This document shows positions 59,144-64,000 of a stretch of DNA of 64,000 bases, in pieces (position 1 is the first letter of the stretch; each line of letters starts with the position of its first letter). The notes under the pieces were generated by a model, which was given only the letters and a program-made list of their open reading frames with translations, had not been told where the DNA came from and ran no database searches. The position numbers were made by a program, and so were the translations under genes. The stretch comes from Zancudomyces culisetae HAW-14-8 (Eukaryota > Fungi > Kickxellomycota), in NCBI GenBank assembly GCA_052426225.1, contig JBNJNM010000021.1:310001-374000 (forward strand). Reading direction: 5' to 3'.

Positions 59144-60497
59144 CGGTATACTTAGATAGCCTAGCGATATTCCATCTTATTTGGGTACTGCAAGTGCTTA
59201 TGTGTTTATGTTTGTTACAAGCATGTTTTATTTATTAAGGCATTTTTATATATTTTTGATGTAATCTTTATTTGAGACTATTTGCCAACATCAACCGCAA
59301 AGTTATAAACTATATATTAAAAACAACTACAAGCAAAAGGGTGAATAAATGGCTGCCTTTCAGCTCGCTTTCTTTATTCGAAAATGATGTGTGCTACCGG
59401 ATCAAGTAATGAATAATTGAATTTCCGGTACTAGCTAGAGGTAACCCGCCTGACGAAAAAGTGGTGTTATCCATTTGAAAATATTTTGTTCAAAACTTAA
59501 CAACCTTATAATCTGGTTTGTAGTGATATTCATATCCATGTTTTTGCTCAACTAAAAATTAGTCATTTATTTTACATTCAAAAAACCAGAAAGAAACCAG
59601 AGATATAACTAATAAAGAGAGTATTCTGTGATCTAGTATATTTGTAAAACATTGGTTCCGGTATAATGAGGTATATATTTATATATTTATATACCAAGTA
59701 CTCTAAACAGTGTACATTAGCCAAGAATATGAGCATAATCCCTATATTCTAGTGGCGACCAAGCGAATAAATGACGAGATTCCTTGTGTATTTAAGTATA
59801 TGAATTTGCGAAGCTTATTGTCTTTTATGGGGGGGATAGGGTAAAAGTATTATATCCAGGTGATGCCCAAAGTGGGAATGAACTGCAAGATTGGGCATGA
59901 TAATATATACCTGACAAGGGATGATTTTAAATGTCAATATTAATTACCTTGATGTATCTATGTATCTTAAATGACTAAATAGAACCAAACTTTATTGGTC
60001 CCTTGGCCGCTAGCCTTGCTGGAGCAAATACATTTTCCATTTTGTTGAAAAGACTCAATTAGCTAACTCAAGCTTTGATTTGCGGTAAATACAATGATTA
60101 CAAACTTTTTTTTTTGCAAATTGTTAGCGGTTGATCCATTTGCTAGATTTTGAATAAATCAATCACACTAATGGCTTAAAAACTCATTTACGCCTATAAA
60201 AAAAAAGCTTGGAGTTACTCATAAAGACATGTAAAAAAAGACCTGCTCAGTTCTGTCAGCTTTGTGCAAACTGAACACATATTTCCTGTAAAAAGTTATA
60301 TAAACAGCAGATCTCGCAGACTAGTCAGCAATATTCAGCCTTTGTAAAAATCCACCCACCATCAAATCCAATATTTAAATTAAAAAGCTTTCATAGCCTC
60401 TACAGGTCTTCTAAGTCAACATATTTTGATTTGAATAGGGGTCCGATAGTATAAAATAGTAAAAACAGTGAATAAAAAGGAGAAAAAACTGGTAACG

Positions 60498-61922
60498 ATG
60501 ACACCTAACAAGGAATGGACACCAAATAGCTGGAGAGCAAAGCCAATTAAACACAATGTTGAATATACGAATCAAGAGGCATTGGGACGTGTCTTGGAGA
60601 ACATAAACAATCTACCACCTCTAGTATCGCCAGCTGAAATTGACAGGCTAAACAAGCAGTTGGAAAAAGTTTCGAAAGGAGAAGCTTTTTTGCTGCAAGG
60701 AGGAGATTGTGCAGAGAGCTTTTCTGGTTGTAATGCACAGCAGATAGAAGACAAAATCAAAATTCTGCTGCAAATGAGTTTGGTCATGATATGGGGAATG
60801 AGAGTACCGTTAATCAGAATAGCACGAATGGGTGGACAATACGCAAAACCCCGTTCAGCAAACACCGAAGTTGTTGACGGAAAGGAAGTTCTTACATTCA
60901 GAGGAGAAAACATTAATGGGTTAGAGGTGGATGACCGAGAGCCTAATCCAGATAGATTGCTGCGAGGATATTTTCATTCAGCGGCCACAGTAAATTATAT
61001 ACGCACACTACTGAACTCGGATTTCGCAAATTTACATTTCCCACAAAACTGGAACTTGGAATGGGTAAAGAGCGAGGATATTAGAAGCGAATACAAGGAA
61101 ATAATTAACAAGTTGGCCGATGCATTTGACTTTATGAAAACTATCGGGGTAGAAAATGGATCACCCACGTTATCAAGTATTGATTTTTACTTGTCACACG
61201 AGGGACTTATGTTGGAGTATGAAGAGGCTATGACTGAGCGCATACAGAGAATGAGTCAAGATGAATCGGGCAAAACCCAAAAAAAGCTGTCGTTTGTTTC
61301 GTTGGAAAAACTGGGAACTGAAAGCCTTGAAAAGAGTGGGGATAAGTACTATAATCTTTCATCGCATTTCTTGTGGATAGGAGACAGGACGCGACAGATA
61401 AATGGAGCACACGTAGAATATTTCAGAGGAATAGCGAATCCAATCGGACTGAAAGTAGGTCCATCGCTCGATCCAGAGGAGCTGGTACGATTACTGGACA
61501 TTCTGGACCCAGATTTCATTCCAGGAAAAGTAACTTTGATCGGCCGCTACGGCGTTTCCAAAGTGCAAGCGTTTTTACCACAACATATCAAGGCAGTACA
61601 AGCAACAAATCATAAGGTGGTTTGGTGTTGCGACCCATGCCATGGAAATACGGCTAGCACCCCAGAGGGATATAAAACGCGAGAGTATAACAATGTAATA
61701 GGTGAAATCGGCTTGAGTTTCGATATTCACAAGACGTTGAATTCAAAGCTCAACGGAATTCATCTGGAGCTTACGGGTGAACATGTGACAGAATGTACAG
61801 GCGGATCTATGAATATTGAAGCCAAAGATCTATCGAGAAACTACCAATCATTCTGCGATCCACGACTTAACTACTTACAGAGCTTGGATATAGCGTTTAT
61901 GGTAGCAAAAAAGTATCAGTAA
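60498..61922 (+). CDS. Class II DAHP synthase (phospho-2-dehydro-3-deoxyheptonate aldolase, AroA-II type)
   Basis: FLLQGGDCAESF, RMGGQYAKPRS, FRGENING, SHEGLMLEYE, HFLWIGDRTRQ, NPIGLKVGP, CDPCHGNT, GIHLELTG, CDPRLN. Confidence 0.97.
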   Translation: MTPNKEWTPNSWRAKPIKHNVEYTNQEALGRVLENINNLPPLVSPAEIDRLNKQLEKVSKGEAFLLQGGDCAESFSGCNAQQIEDKIKILLQMSLVMIWGMRVPLIRIARMGGQYAKPRSANTEVVDGKEVLTFRGENINGLEVDDREPNPDRLLRGYFHSAATVNYIRTLLNSDFANLHFPQNWNLEWVKSEDIRSEYKEIINKLADAFDFMKTIGVENGSPTLSSIDFYLSHEGLMLEYEEAMTERIQRMSQDESGKTQKKLSFVSLEKLGTESLEKSGDKYYNLSSHFLWIGDRTRQINGAHVEYFRGIANPIGLKVGPSLDPEELVRLLDILDPDFIPGKVTLIGRYGVSKVQAFLPQHIKAVQATNHKVVWCCDPCHGNTASTPEGYKTREYNNVIGEIGLSFDIHKTLNSKLNGIHLELTGEHVTECTGGSMNIEAKDLSRNYQSFCDPRLNYLQSLDIAFMVAKKYQ

Positions 61923-62094
61923 AAAGTAGAGTTGTTGAAAGTTGGAATTGGTTGTGGAACTGCATTTTTTTTTTGTTTCCCACTTTATTCCTTGATCTGT
62001 TTAATAAGAATATAGGGTTACTGATATATAGTCTTGAAAATAAAACAAAAGTTAACATTAAAAAAATTAAAGGAAAGGGGGAAGCAAGTATTAA

Positions 62095-63266
62095 TCAATT
62101 GGTAATTGGATTCATAAGAAGCTCGGAAAACTTTTTGAGGTTTTCCACGCCTCTAACCTCGCTGGTGAGCAATGGCAATTTGGTAATGTGGAAGTCCTCA
62201 TAAAGATCGTTGATTTGATCCAAGTATTTTTGCTGCATTTTTCTTCTGACCAAACATTGTTCACAGTTGGAATCTTTGGGTGGAAACAGCAGCTGGTTGA
62301 CAACAATATTGTGTGTGTCAATGTTGTCATCAGTGAGTTCCTGGATTAGTCTCTCTGTTTCGTACAGGGACAAAAACTCTGATATACAAACGCAGATAAA
62401 TGTTGTTTTGTCGGGGTCTTGGAACTGTTTATTGACCTCGTTAATTACTGCTCTCATGCTCTCCAGTTTTGCAAACATATCCTCTTGATCGGCATTTACC
62501 CCCATCATTCCTGATACCTATTTTTTTGATTTTTTTTTCTCTTGTTTTTAGATAATTCTAACCCCGCACCTATGCCTAATTTCATGGTTATCAAATCAAA
62601 TGTAATTTTTTTTATTTACCTGTTGTACCATGGGTCCAAATCGTCCAGAAAGCTGCGAAACCTTTGCCAAGGCCTTTTCCAAAATCGATGGGAACGACAA
62701 AAACCTTAGCGTATGACCTGTTGGCGCCGTGTCGAAAATGATACAAGAGTATTCCATCGATTTCACTAACTTCATTACCTCAGCAAAGCCCATAGCCTCA
62801 TCGACTCCTGGTATTGCAAAAGCCAAATCTTTCATTATTGAAGTCATTGCGCCGTTTTCTGAATTTTCCAGCATTTCCTGGATGCTTCCTGCTGGATCGA
62901 TTTCCATACAATATAGATTTTCGATTCCCTGCACAGGTGTTGGTGTTTTAGAAAACTTTTGTCCAAAGGCATCTGAAAGATTATGAGCAGGATCTGTTGA
63001 AATTAGCAACACATTTTTTCGAACTTTGGCCATTTGTACAGCCAAGGAGCAACTATTATTGTTTGATTGTTTTTAATAATCTCCAGGATGAAGAGGTGGT
63101 GGAAGTATCATATCTATGGATAAAAAATTTTAAAAAAAAACAAAGATTACCTTGTGGTTGTCTTTCCTACACCACCTTTTCCTCCAACAAATATCCATTG
63201 TAATGTGGTTTGATCTAATATGTTTTTCAACGAAGGCTCGAGCTCAAAAGATTCAGAGTCTGACAT
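62095..63266 (-). CDS. GET3: Get3/ASNA1 tail-anchored protein targeting ATPase, 3 exons
   Basis: [13 protein letters not shown]|[49 protein letters not shown], CxxC. Confidence 0.97.
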
Positions 63267-63764
63267 TTCTTGTTTATTCGCGTACTAGTTTCCCCTCTTT
63301 TATTATTCTTGTCGGTAACTCTTATTTCGTTGCCGTATTTTTGTTCTAATAGATTTTCGATGAATCAGCAGTGAATTTTGGACTTTAACTAATACAGGTA
63401 AGCGTTGATGTACCACTTGCAATATAAATATTTATTGCGTATGTTTTTTTGGGGTGGGGGAGAGGGGCTCTAAACTAACACAGCTTGTAGTACCATCTAT
63501 ACTAGCTTTTTTTTTCCACGTCTATTACGTGTTAATTTTTGTTTTCATTAATGTTCCACAAACTGTATGTAATCGAACCTAGCCAATAATTCCAAAAAAA
63601 AAAATTTTTTTTAACCCCTTCCTGTATTTCAGTTGGCACGATTCCCCCAAATAACATAATGGTTCAAGATTTCAATCAGTGCACAAGACTGAGGTCAAGC
63701 TGCATATATCTCAAAGCCGTCTATACATAGTCTGAATTGTTCCATAGTAAGACCAAAACAATGA

Positions 63765-63805
63765 CAAAACCAAGACCAAGACCAAGATCAAGACTAAAAC
63801 CAAAT
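63765..63805 (+). repeat. Degenerate (CCAAGA)n hexamer repeat
   Basis: accaagaccaagaccaagatcaagactaaaac. Confidence 0.7.
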
Positions 63806-64000
63806 CCAATATGCACCAATCATACGTTTAAAGCTGTTAGTACAGGTCATAAACTATAAAGGCTATGTTAAGTTCAAGAAAAGAAGTGTGACTATCACCA
63901 GTTTGTACTAATATATAAAACAAAAGGAAAAAACCAAAGTAAATAGATAGAGCGATATTAATACAGCTAGATAGACAAGTTTTAGTGTATAGGAAGATAT

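Noticed and set aside
1-64000. CRISPR arrays, tRNA/rRNA genes, U12-type introns, secondary-metabolite or RiPP cluster
   Set aside because: No repeat-spacer structure, cloverleaf or rRNA motif seen; all reconstructed introns are GT-AG without the RTATCCTT donor; neighbouring genes are functionally unrelated housekeeping genes.

Overview
AT-rich eukaryotic DNA with compact genes and short GT-AG introns. Gene content and style point to an early-diverging fungus, possibly a Harpellales/Kickxellomycotina-type gut fungus (inference only). I can support about 24 protein-coding loci, with exons reconstructed by hand where genes are split. In order: M17 leucine aminopeptidase, an 89-aa metallothionein-like Cys-rich orphan, stomatin/SPFH protein, class I cyclic-nucleotide PDE, NDC80, NEM1-like phosphatase, NOP9, GPI11/PIG-F, CDC55, ALG7, SRRM1-like PWI protein, BDP1, two tandem monoglyceride lipases, NIT1-type amidase, PRP46, OGG1, cytosolic AsnRS, PSR1-like phosphatase, a Zn2Cys6 factor, two orphans, class II DAHP synthase and GET3. 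There are also degenerate non-LTR retrotransposon relics and microsatellites. No rRNA, tRNA, CRISPR array or biosynthetic gene cluster was found, and I cannot claim a new multi-gene system. The best leads are architectural: (1) purine/pyrimidine skew that flips inside single CDSs; (2) introns with A-rich rather than pyrimidine-rich 3' ends; (3) a candidate poison exon in the SRRM1-like gene; (4) convergent genes with abutting or overlapping stop codons and AATAAA signals embedded in the partner's CDS; (5) helically phased A-tracts in a promoter; (6) the Cys-rich orphan.
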